Assembly (NCBI GenBank): GCA_963696945.1 | Contig: CAVOME010000008.1 | Location: 69,767-133,766, forward strand | DNA from: an uncultured bacterium | Lineage (GTDB): Bacteria > Actinomycetota > Thermoleophilia > Solirubrobacterales > 70-9 | Direction of reading: 5' to 3' | DNA: 64,000 nt | Shown here: one piece after another, positions 1 through 9,674 of the stretch | How the letters are laid out: every line of letters starts with the position of its first letter | Numbering within the stretch: position 1 is the stretch's first letter | Program-made: the position numbers and the translations under genes | The notes under the pieces: model-generated | Told to the model about the DNA's origin: nothing | The model's database searches: none | What the model saw: the letters and a program-made list of their open reading frames with translations, nothing else

Positions 1-3000
1 CTGCGTGTAGGCGGGCTCATCGGTCTCGTTGTGCCCGTAGCGGCGGTATCCGATCAGGTCGATGACGATGTCTCGCGCCCAGCGCTCGCGGTAGGCCATC
101 GCGAGCCTGATCGCCGCGATGCATCCCTCGACGTCGTCGGCGTTGACGTGGATGATCGGGACGTTGAATCCCTTCGCCATGTCGGACGCGTAGGGGGTCG
201 AGCGGGCCTCCTCGGGGTCGGTCGTGAAACCGACCTGGTTGTCGGTGATCAGGTGGACGGTGCCACCGGTCGAGTAGCCCTTCAGCGACTGCAGGTTGAG
301 CGTCTCGGCCACCACGCCCTGGCCCGGGAAGGCGGCGTCGCCGTGCAGGAGCAGCGGAACGGCGAGCTCGGGATTGTGCTCGAGGCTCGGCCCCGGCGAG
401 CGAGGTCTGCTCTGCGCGCGCGCCACCGGTGACCACCGGGTCCACGAACTCGAGGTGGCTCGGGTTCGGGTAGAGCCGGACCTCGATCTGGTCGCCGTCG
501 GGGGTCGTGAACATGCCCTCGGCGCCGAGGTGATACTTGACGTCTCCGGTCCCCCCGTGCGGGATCGCCGCCATCGCCTTGACCCGCTCGAGCGCCCGCG
601 CACCCTCGAACTCGGCCATGATCGACTCGACCGGGCGGCCGAGGTTGTGAGCCAGGACGGCGAGCCTCCCGCGGTGGGCCATCCCGAGGACCACCTCCTG
701 CGCGCCGCCCTTGCGGGCGAGGGCGAGCAGCTCGTCGATCATCGGGACGACGGCATCGAGGCCCTCGATCGAGAACATCTTCTGGCCCAGGTATGCGCGC
801 TGCAGGAAGCGCTCGAACCTGAAACACCTCGATCAGCCGCGAGAGCAGCGCCTTCTTCTCCTCGTCGGTGAGAGGGGTACGGTGGGCGCCCGTCTCGATC
901 ATCTCGCGCAGCCACATTCTCTGCTGGTGCGAGGAGAGATGCTCGATCTGGTAGGCGACCGTCTCGCAGTACGCCTCTCGCATCCTGGGAAGCGCCTCGA
1001 GCAGAGTCTCGCCCGCGACTCCGATTCGCAGGATCGACGCCGGAATCTGGGCCATCAGGTCCGGCGTCAGGTTGAGCGTCTTCGGATCGATCGCCGGGTC
1101 GCCCTTGGGCTCCTTGCCGAGCGGGTCGAGCCGAGCCGCCAGGTGACCGTGCGTGCGGTAGGCCTTGAGCAGTGACGTGGCCGCCTGGACGGCCTGGAGC
1201 AGCTCGGTGTCCGGGGGCGCCGCTTGCGTGTCGGAGAGCCCGCCGGAAGCGGGCGCCGACGCCGCCGCGGGGTACGCGTTGGCGACCACGCCCGCCGTCA
1301 GCTCGAGCGACTCCGCCAGACCCTCGTAGAAGGAGTCCTCGCCCTGAAGCAGCTGATCGATCCGTCGCAGGAACGATCCCGATTCTGCTCCCTGGATCAC
1401 CCGATGGTCGTAGGTCGACGTCATCGTCATCACCTTCGACACGCCGAGGGCCTTGAGCTTCTCGGCGGGGGCGTGGGCCCACTCGACCGGATATGCGATC
1501 GAGCCCGTGGCGACGATCGTTCCCTGGCCCGCCATCAGCCGGGGAACAGACGCCGACGTGCCGAGTCCGCCCGGATTGGTGAGGGTGATCGTCGTTCCCT
1601 GGAAGTCGTCGGCGCTGAGCCTGTTCGCGCGCGTCTTGTTGATCAGCTCCTCGTAGTAGGCGTGGAAGCCTGCGAAGTCGAGCTGGTCGGCGCCCTTGAT
1701 GCACGGAACCATCAGGCTCCGTGACCCGTCCTTTCGCTCCACGTCGACGGCGATCCCGAGATTGACCCCGCCCGGCTCGATCGCCTGGGACTTGCCGTCG
1801 CTCTCCGCGTAGGACCTGCCCATGACCCGCCACTCGATCGCCGCGATGACGATCGCCCAGGCGACGAGGTGGGTGAACGAAACCTTCATCGCGCGCTCCT
1901 TGAGCGCCCCGTTCAGCGCCCGGCGTTTCGCGTCGAGAACGTCGACGGCGAGGGTGCGGAACGAGGTGGCCGTTGGGACCGAGCGGCTCTCGTTCATCGC
2001 CTGGGCGAGCATCGCCGCGGGTCCCCGCAGGGGCACGACGGCGCCGCCGTCTGGCGCCGCCGGCCCAGCGGAGGCCAGCCCCTCGCCGTTCGCTGCCGCG
2101 AGCACGTCGGCCTTGGTCACCTTTCCGCCCGGCGCCGAGCCGCGGACCGCGCCCAGGTCGACCCCGCTCGCGGCGGCGACGCGGCGGGCGACCGGCGAGG
2201 CACGGGTGCCGTCGGTCGCGCCGGCGGCGGGGGCCGGCGCAGAAGAGGTGGGCTCGGCCGGCGGCGGCGCACCATCGGTCGGCGCGCCGGCGCCGGCGGT
2301 CAACTCCGCCAGCACCTGGCCGACCTGCACCGTCTCGTCTGGTTGGGCCAGGATCCTGGCGATCGTCCCACTGGCCGGGGCCGGCACCTCGGCGTCGACC
2401 TTGTCCGTCGAGACCTCGACCACCGTCTCGCCCTGCGAAACCGCATCGCCCTCCTGCTTGTGCCATTCGAGGACCGTGCCCTCGGTGACCGATTCGCCCA
2501 TCTCGGGCATCGAAATTTGAATAACTCTCCCGACATCCTCGGCTCCGCCTCCGGTGTCGGCGGGTTGCGACGCCGACCGACCGGCAGGGTCACTCACCTG
2601 CACCGCGACTTCGTCGCTAGTGCTGGCGGCGGTGGCTTCCCCGGGCTGCGGGGACTCGGACCCGGCCGACTCATCCCCGATGTCCTGATCGCCCTCGGCG
2701 ACCTCCTGATCGGACATGCCGGGCCCCGGTTCCTGCTGGGCGTCTCCGCCGTTGGCCGAGCCCCCGTCGCCCGACGGGGCGGCGCTCGGGTCGAGCTCGG
2801 CGAGGATGGCGCCGACCTCGATCGTCTCGTCGGGGGCCTTGAGGATCCGGGTGATCACGCCAGAGGCCGGGGCCGGGACCTCGGCGTCGATCTTGTCGGT
2901 CGAAACCTCGACCACCGTCTCGCCCTCGTTGACGAAATCGCCCTCCTGCTTGTGCCATTCGAGCACCGTGCCCTCAGTGACCGACTCGCCCATCTGGGGC

Positions 3001-3026
3001 ATCTGGATCTGGACCGTTCCAGGCAT
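1..3026 (-). pseudogene. odhA: OdhA/Kgd-like multifunctional 2-oxoglutarate dehydrogenase. It has two lipoyl domains, an E3-binding domain and an E2 succinyltransferase core fused to E1o. The C-terminus runs off the window start. Two apparent frameshifts lie near 400 and 825.
   Basis: ORF 282..3026 opens MPGTVQIQMPQMGESVTEGTVLEWHKQEGD (lipoyl 1) and repeats ISMPEMGESVTEGTVLEWHKQEGD (lipoyl 2). It then carries SPVARRVAAASGVDLGAVRGSAPGGKVTKADV (E3-binding), TSTYDHRVIQGAESG (E2 core) and the E1o N-terminus AYRTHGHLAARLDPLG. E1o continues in ORF 17..778 ([36 protein letters not shown]). A third frame carries it down to nt 1 ([36 protein letters not shown]). Confidence 0.85.
2519..2634 (+). repeat. 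R1 repeat, copy A' (about 116 nt). It lies inside the odhA ORF in the orientation opposite to copy A and is read through in frame as the inter-lipoyl linker.
   Basis: The plus strand reads TGAATAACTCTCCCGACATCC..CGGCAGGGTCACTCACCTGCACCGCGACTTCGTCGCTAGTG. The 41-nt core 2583..2623 differs at one position from the reverse complement of 3082..3122. Confidence 0.8.
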
Positions 3027-3073
3027 CTAGCTACCTAAGTTTGAGTCTATGCCCTCGACCGTGCCCAAAGTGG

Positions 3074-3186
3074 ACCGCCGACACTAGCGACGAAGTCGCG
3101 GTGCAGGCGAGTGACCCTGCCGCCACGCCGGAGCCCGAACCCGCCGGAAACGTAGCCCAAGGCGAAGCTTCCGGCGGAGTTATTCA
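3074..3186 (-). repeat. R1 repeat, copy A (about 113 nt). It lies between the stop codon of the 3184..3489 gene and the odhA start.
   Basis: The minus strand reads TGAATAACTCCGCCGGAAGC..TTCCGGCGGGTTCGGGC..GGCGGCAGGGTCACTCGCCTGCACCGCGACTTCGTCGCTAGTGTCGGCGGT. Its first three nt are the TGA stop of the upstream gene. It contains a 9-bp hairpin CCGCCGGAA/TTCCGGCGG. Confidence 0.8.
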
Positions 3187-3489
3187 GCTCACCCGGGCGA
3201 CGAGGTAGACCTCGTTCGCCAGTGTGTCGTAGACGTCCTCGAGCACGAACTCGCGGGCAGGGCCGGCGTGATCGCAGAACCCGCACCGCACCGTCTGTCC
3301 TGCCGGCATTCGACCATCGGCCCCGAGCGGCAGCGCGCATCTCGGGCAGACCAGCGCGCCGTGCGCCAGGACCTGGACCCCGTCGCGGACCAGGCGACGC
3401 TCCGCCCCCGCCTGTGAGCCGTCGACGCGGCCGAGCCGGGTGCTCGGCTGACCGGGGTCTCCCGGGTCGGCGGACAGATGAATACCCAC
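3184..3489 (-). CDS. Small zinc-ribbon protein (two CxxC pairs), function unknown.
   Basis: The tail of ORF 3184..4521 reads ..ALVCPRCALPLGADGRMPAGQTVRCGFCDHAGPAREFVLEDVYDTLANEVYLVARVS. Third-position GC is high and there is a GTG at 3489. The rest of the long ORF is antisense to the acyl-CoA reductase gene. The start is uncertain. Confidence 0.45.
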   Translation of the reverse strand: MGIHLSADPGDPGQPSTRLGRVDGSQAGAERRLVRDGVQVLAHGALVCPRCALPLGADGRMPAGQTVRCGFCDHAGPAREFVLEDVYDTLANEVYLVARVS

Positions 3490-3564
3490 CTCGCAGAGTG
3501 TAGGGTCAGGTCCGACGCGCAACCCGTCGAGGCCGCACAGAGCCTCCGACTCCAGGAGTGCAGA

Positions 3565-5686
3565 TTGAGCTACTTCGTCACCGGCGCCACAGGCTTCATC
3601 GGCCGCAATCTGGTTGAGCGGCTGCTCGAGCGCCCCGGGACCGTCTATGTGTTGGTTCGCGAGGGCTCGAAGGGCCGGCTGGCCGAGCTTCGGAGCCGCT
3701 GGGGGGTCGACGAGGATCGGGTCGTGGCCGTGGTCGGAGACCTTTCCCAGCCCGGCCTCGGTGTCTCGGACGAGGCGGTTGACAAGCTGCGCGGCAAGGT
3801 CGACCACCTGTTCCATCTCGCCGCGGTCTATGACATGACGGCCGACGCCGAGAGCCAGCGGCTCGCCAACGTCGAGGGAACACGGCACATGGTCGAGTTC
3901 GCCGAGGCCGTCGAGGCGGAGCGGGTCCACATGGTCAGCTCGATCGCCGCAGCCGGCCTCTACAAGGGGACCTGGCGGGAGGACATGTTCGACGAGGCCA
4001 CCAACCTCGACACGCACCCCTACTTCCGCACCAAGCACGACTCCGAGGCGATCGTGCGGACCGAGTGCACTCGCCCCTGGCGGGTCTACCGGCCGGGGAT
4101 CGTCGTGGGGCACTCCGAGACCGGCGAAATGGACAAGATCGACGGCCCCTACTACTTCTTCAAGCTGATCCGCCGGATTCGAAACGTCGTGCCGCAATGG
4201 GTCCCGATGCTCGGCGTCGAAGGCAGGGAGATCAACCTGGTCCCGGTCGACTTCGTGGCTGCGGCCATGGACCACATCGCCCACCAGGACGGACTCGACG
4301 GCCGTGCCTTCCACCTCACCGACCCGAAGCCCAAGAGCGCCGGCGAGGTGATCGACATCTTCGCGCGGGCCGCCCACGCGCCGCAGTCCTCGACGCGCGT
4401 TCCACCGGTCGCGGTGGAGACGCTGGCACCCCTGCTGAAGGCGCTGGTCGATGGTGCCGCCGGTGGGCCTGGCCGCGAACAGCGTCCTCGCCGACTTCGG
4501 GATTCCGCGCTCGGTCCTCACCTACATCAACTACCCGACCCGCTTCGACTCCAGGCAGGCCCAGGCGGCGCTCGAGGGCAGCGACATCAGGGTGCCGCCG
4601 CTGGAGGTCTACGCGGACAAGCTGTGGGACTACTGGGAGCGCCACCTTGATCCGGACCTGTTCCGCGACCGGACGCTGGTCGGCGCCGTGAGAGGGCGGG
4701 CCGGAGCCGTCGGTGGCGTCACCCAGATCATCGAGCAGCAGATCCCGGACGAGCTGCTGCGCGTCGGCCGCCGGTTCCTCGGCACGGTCTCGCTCGAGCA
4801 GGCGGTGCGCGGGCGGGTGGTGATGGTGACCGGAGCCTCGTCGGGGATCGGGCGCTCGGCGGCGCTGAAGATCGCCGATGCCGGCGGCATCGTCCTGCTC
4901 GTCGCCCGCACCGCCGAGAAGCTCGAGGAGATCCAGGCGCAGATCGCCGACGGCGGAGGGACCGCGTACGTCCATGCGTGCGACCTCTCCGACATGGACG
5001 ACATCGACCGGATGGCCGACGAGGTCCTCGCCCAGCATGGCCACGTGGACATCCTGATCAACAACGCCGGTCGCTCGATCCGGCGCTCGATCGCCCTCTC
5101 CTACGACCGTTTCCACGACTTCGAGCGGACCATGCAGCTCAACTACTTCGGGGCGGTGAAGCTGATCCTGAAGCTGCTGCCGGTGATGCGCGAGCGGCGC
5201 TCGGGCCAGATCGTGAACATCAGCTCGATCGGGGTGCAGACCAACACCCCGCGCTTCTCGGCCTACGTGGCCTCGAAGGCGGCGCTCGACGCGTTCTCGC
5301 GCTGTGTCGCCTCGGAGATCGTCGACGAGGGGGTGGCGATCACCACGATCCACATGCCGCTGGTGCGAACGCCGATGATCAAGCCGACCAAGATGTACGA
5401 CCGCTTCCCAACCATCACCCCCGAGGAGGCGGCCGACATGATCTGCGAGGCGATCATCTACCGGCCGAAGCGGATCGCCACCCCGCTCGGGACGCTCGGC
5501 CAGATCCTCTACGCGATCAACCCGAAGTCGATCGACTACATCCTGAACAGCGCCTACAAGCTGTTTCCCGACTCTCGTGCCGCTCGCGGCGAGAAGACGG
5601 AACCGGCCGGTACGCAGACGGCCAACGAGGAGGCGTCGCGCCAGCAGGTCGCCTTCGCCTATCTGATGAGGGGCGTTCACTGGTAG
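3565..5686 (+). pseudogene. Two-domain fatty acyl-CoA reductase (Acr1/FcrA-like: NAD-dependent reductase domain plus SDR domain). One frame switch lies near 4445.
   Basis: ORF 3478..4650 carries YFVTGATGFIGRNLVERLL..LFHLAAVYD..YFRTKHDSE. ORF 4451..5686 carries VMVTGASSGIGRSAALKIA..NNAG..YVASKAAL. An in-frame TTG at 3565 is preceded by AGGAG at 3554. Confidence 0.8.
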
Positions 5687-7390
5687 AGCGCTCCACCCGC
5701 CGGCGAAAGCACTGGGGCTGGGGGTTCGAGGACGAGGCCACGTCTCGCGGCCAGAGCTCGAGGCGGCCGCGCCCGGGATCCGCGATCGGCTGGGGTTCGG
5801 CGGCGAGGAGGTCGAGGAGCCCGTCCCGCTGGAGGCGATCGAGCTCAGGCGAGCCGAGGGTCGACTCGCCACCCTCGCTCGCCGCACAGCTTTCGCTCCG
5901 ATCGCCCACGAGCGGGTCTCCCACGCGCTCGGCAAGGCCTACCGCGACGTGGTCCGCGGCTTTCGCGGCCAGGTCGATGACCCGCCGGACCTGGTGGCGC
6001 ATCCGGGCGACGAGCACGAGCTCGAGCAGGTGCTGGACTGGTGCTCCGAGGAGGGGCTGGCGGCGATTCCGTATCGGCGGCGGGACGAGCGTGGTCGGGG
6101 GCGTCGAGCCCCGGGTCGGCGACGCCTATCGCGGCGTCCGTCACGATCGACCTGGCGCCGCCTCGACCGCGTGCGTGGAGGTCGATCCCGTCTCGGGCGC
6201 GGCGCGGATCCAGGCCGGCGCGCTCGGGCCGCACCTCGAGGATCAGCTCGCGCGAGCACGGGCTGACGCTTCGCCACTTCCCGCAGTCGTTCGAGTTCTC
6301 GACCCTGGGCGGCTGGATCGCGACCCGCGCCGGCGGACACTTCGCCACGCTGTACACGCACATCGACGATCTGGTCGAGTCGGTGCGCGCGCTCACGCCC
6401 GCGCGGCGCCTGGGAGAGCCGTCGGCTGCCGGGCTCCGGGGCGGGCCCCAGCCCGGACCGCCTGATGCTCGGCTCGGAGGGAATCCTCGGGGTGATCACC
6501 GAGGCCTGGGTCCGGGTCCGGGAGCGCCCCCGCTGGAAGCTCTCGGCCGGCGTCGCATTCGACTCCTTCGCCGCCGGCGCCGCGGCGGTCCGGGAGCTCG
6601 CTGCAGTCCGGGCTCAACCCGCCAACTGCCGGCTGCTCGACGAGGCGGAGTCGGCGCTCACCCACGCCGGGCCGCCGGGCAAGGCGCTCCTGGTCCTGGG
6701 CTTCGAGTCTGCGCACCACCCGTGGAGGGACCGATGGAGATCGCGCTCGAGGCGGCTCGCGGCGCACGGCGGCGAGCCCGGTGAGGTGACCGGCCGCTCC
6801 GCGCCCGAGCCAAGGCGGGGAGCGAACGCGGGAGAACCCGCCGGTCGAAGGCGGAAGCCGGGTCGGACCCGGTGGGCTCGTGGCGCCACGCCTTTCTCGC
6901 GGCGCCCTACCTGCGCGACACGTTGGTCGCGGTGGGCGTCCTCTCCGACACGTTCGAGACGGCGATCACGTGGGATCGGTTCGCCGACTTTCACACGCGC
7001 GGTCATGGAGGCCGCTCGCCGCGCGATCGCGCGAGGTCTGCGGACTCCCGCTCGACGGCGCCGGCTCGCCCCGCCTCTCGTGCCGCTTCACCCACGTCTA
7101 TCCGGATGGCCCCGCTCCCTACTACACGGTGCTCTGCCCGGCGAAGCGCGGCGGGGAGGTCGAGCAGTGGGACGAGATCAAGGCGGCGGTGTCGGAGACG
7201 GTGATCGAGGCGGCGGGACGATCACCCACCACCACGCCGTCGGCCGCGACCATCGCCCCTGGTACGACCGCCAGCGCCCCGATCCGTTCGCCGAGGCGCT
7301 TCGCAGCGCCAAGCGGCCGCGACCCGTGGCGCTCGACCCGGGCGTCGTCGATCCTCAATCGCAGGCGGTCCCTGGTCGGATACGCCCTAA
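5683..7390 (+). pseudogene. FAD-linked oxidase of the alkyl-DHAP synthase (AgpS)-like VAO family. It is heavily frameshifted (at least 8 frame switches). No canonical start was found, and the end is approximate.
   Basis: The ordered pieces are RRKHWGWGFEDE; YRDVVRGFRGQVDDPPDLVAHPGDEHELEQVLDWCSEEGLAAIPY; GGGTSVVGGVEP; VEVDPVSGAARIQAGALGPHLEDQL; REHGLTLRHFPQSFEFSTLGGWIATRAGGHFATLYTHIDDLVESVRALTP; MLGSEGILGVITEAWVRVRERP; WRHAFLAAPYLRDTLVAVGVLSDTFETAITWDRF; FTHVYPDGPAPYYTV; TITHHHAVGRDHRPWY. They lie in ORFs 4978..6465, 5949..6266, 6041..6784, 6465..8483, 6872..7204 and 6880..7833. Confidence 0.7.
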
Positions 7391-7400
7391 CCTTTCCGGC

Positions 7401-8348
7401 ATGGAGACGCTCACCGAGGAGCGGCCCGCCGCTGCGGCCGGCCGAGCCGTCGGGTCTCCCCGGAGGTCGACTCCCGGTCGCGCTGCTCGTCGCGATGCGA
7501 CCGTCGGAGTGGATCAAGAACCTGCTCGTGTTCGCGGGCCTGCTGTTCTCGCAGAAGCTCAGGCAGGGCCCGCAGGTGGTCGACGCGATCGCTCACCTTC
7601 GCGCGCGTTCTGCGCGATCTCGAGCGCCGGCTACCTGTTCAACGACCTGCACGACGCTCCTCTCGACCGCCGCATCCCGAGAAGCGCCACCGTCCGATCG
7701 CCAGCGGCGAGCTGTCGACGCGGCTCGACCGCCGTCGTCGCCGCGATCGTCCTGGCGGCGCGTCGCGATCGGAGTCGCGGCGCTGCCGTCGTCGCGCCGG
7801 AGGTCGCCGGGCTGGTCGCGCGCTACGGCGTGATCACGTCGCCTACTCGCTCGATCGTCAAGCGGCTGGTGATCCTCGACGTGATGACGATCGCTTCGCT
7901 GTTCCTCCTCCGCGTGGTCGCGGGCGCGGTCGCCGTCGAGGCGCACGCCTCGGAGTGGCTGCTCCTGTGCACGGCGATGCTGGCGCTCTTCCTCGGCTTC
8001 ACCAAGCGTCGCCAGGAGGCGATGTCGCTGCCGCCGGAGGCGTCGCTTCCGCCAGCCCGAAGCCCGGCGAAATCGGACACCCGCCCGGTGCTCGAGCACT
8101 ACTCGCTGCCGTTCCTCGACCAGATGGTCGCGATGGTGACCGCTGCGGCGATCATCAGCTACGCGATCTACGCGGTCAACAGCCCGATCATCGGCACCAA
8201 GATGCTCGCCACCGCGCCCTCGGTCCTCTATGGGATCTTCCGCTACCTCTACCTGATCTACGACCGCAGAGGACACCCGCTCGACGGCGGCGATCCTGAC
8301 CGAGGACCCCGGCATGATCTTCGCGGCATACTGGGTGGCGCCGGCGCT
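7401..8348 (+). pseudogene. UbiA-family prenyltransferase, closest in motif pattern to decaprenyl-phosphate phosphoribosyltransferase. It is frameshifted several times and the 3' end is uncertain.
   Basis: ATG 7401 opens METLTEE. The following pieces are RPSEWIKNLLVFAGLLFS, YLFNDLHDAPLDR (NDxxDxxxD), LVILDVMTIASLFLLRVVAGAVAV..LFLGFTKRRQE and AIISYAIYAVNSPIIGTKMLATAPSVLYGIFRYLYLIYDRR. They lie in ORFs 6880..7833, 6465..8483 and 8314..8991. Confidence 0.7.
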
Positions 8349-8473
8349 GACCTGGGTTCGACAGGACGCGCGCCTCCTGATGCGTCGGGTCGACGCGTTC
8401 GGAGCAGTGCCGACCGCGACCCGAGCGCCGCCGTTCCCAGCCAGGCCGGCGCTGGCGATAGAGTCCGCGCCGC

Positions 8474-9613
8474 GTGGATCTGACGCTGACAACCGAGGAG
8501 CAGGAGTTCCGCGACGAGCTGCGCGCCTGGCTCGAGGAGAACCACCCCGGCCCGGCGCCCCAGGGCGGCGACCAGGTCCAGTACGAGTTCGAGCGCGAGT
8601 GGCAGCGCAAGCTGCACTCCGGCGGCTGGGCCGGCGTGTCGTGGCCCAAGGAGTACGGCGGCCGAGGGGCCACGCTCATCGAGCAGTCGATCTTCGGCGA
8701 GGAGCTCGCTCGAGCCAAGGCGCCGCGACCCGCCAACGTCCTCGGGCTCGTGATGGGCGGCCCGGTGGTCATCGCCCACGGCACGGAGGAGCAGAAGGAG
8801 CGCTATCTGGAGCCGATCCTCTCCGCGGAGGAGATCTGGTGCCAGGGATTCTCGGAGCCCGAGTCGGGCTCGGACCTCGCGTCGCTGAAGACCAAGGCCG
8901 TCAAGGAGAACGGCGGCTGGCGGATCACCGGCCAGAAGGTCTGGACGACGTTCGCCCACGAGGCGAAGTGGTGCATGCTCGTCGCCCGTAGCGATCCGGA
9001 CGCCCCCAAGCACAAGGGCCTCACCTACTTCCTGATGGACATGGAGCAGGACGAGGTGGACGTGCGGCCACTTCGTCAGATCACCGGCGAGGCCGAGTTC
9101 AACGAGCTGTTCATCGAGAACGCCTACGTCCCGGACGAAAACGTGGTCGGCGGCGAGGGCAACGGCTGGATGGTCGCGATCACGACGCTGATGAACGAGC
9201 GCGCGGGCCTCGGCGCATCCGCCGCGCTCGGCCTCGCCAACTCACTCGACGAGCTGATCGAGCTCGCCAAGGAGCGCGACCTCGCGGACGACCCGCTCGT
9301 TCGCGACAAGGTCGCCCGCCTGAAGATCGCGATCGAGGGGTTGCGGCTCGGCGCCATGCGCGCGCTGACGGCGACGATGAAGGTCGGGACCCCCGGACCG
9401 GAGGGCTCGATCGCCAAGCTCCAATGGTCCTCGACCAACCAGGCGCTGACCGAGCTCGCGCTGGCGGTCGGCGGCGTGGAGACGCTCAGCAAGGACAACC
9501 TCTGGGCCTACCGCTTCCTGCGCTCCCGGGCCAACTCGATCGAGGGCGGCACGAGCGACGTGCTCAAGAACATCGTCGCCGAGCGCGTTCTCGGCCTGCC
9601 CAAGCTCAGGTGA
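8474..9613 (+). CDS. Acyl-CoA dehydrogenase.
   Basis: A single 379-aa ORF reads MDLTLTTEEQEFRDELRAWLEE..GWAGVSWPKEYGGRG..IWCQGFSEPESGSDLASL..GGTSDVLKNIVAERVLGLP. Confidence 0.9.
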   Translation: MDLTLTTEEQEFRDELRAWLEENHPGPAPQGGDQVQYEFEREWQRKLHSGGWAGVSWPKEYGGRGATLIEQSIFGEELARAKAPRPANVLGLVMGGPVVIAHGTEEQKERYLEPILSAEEIWCQGFSEPESGSDLASLKTKAVKENGGWRITGQKVWTTFAHEAKWCMLVARSDPDAPKHKGLTYFLMDMEQDEVDVRPLRQITGEAEFNELFIENAYVPDENVVGGEGNGWMVAITTLMNERAGLGASAALGLANSLDELIELAKERDLADDPLVRDKVARLKIAIEGLRLGAMRALTATMKVGTPGPEGSIAKLQWSSTNQALTELALAVGGVETLSKDNLWAYRFLRSRANSIEGGTSDVLKNIVAERVLGLPKLR

Positions 9614-9674
9614 TGCGGGTGAGCGCCTTTAGGCGCGAAACGAGATTTGCCCCCCTGGCAAGGGAAGGTTTTTC

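Noticed and set aside
739-3038. Long ORFs overlapping or antisense to odhA (739..2466 minus, 1869..3038 plus, 1822..2520 plus). Similar shadow ORFs occur elsewhere: 29765..31531 minus, 32276..33367 plus, 39326..40813 minus, 41702..43651 plus, 43050..44063 minus, 54024..55256 minus, 60216..61946 minus.
   Set aside because: In ~70% GC DNA, stop codons are rare in every frame. These translations are Arg/Pro/Gly/Ala-rich low-complexity strings with no motifs. Each is fully overlapped by a gene with strong family signatures on the other frame or strand.
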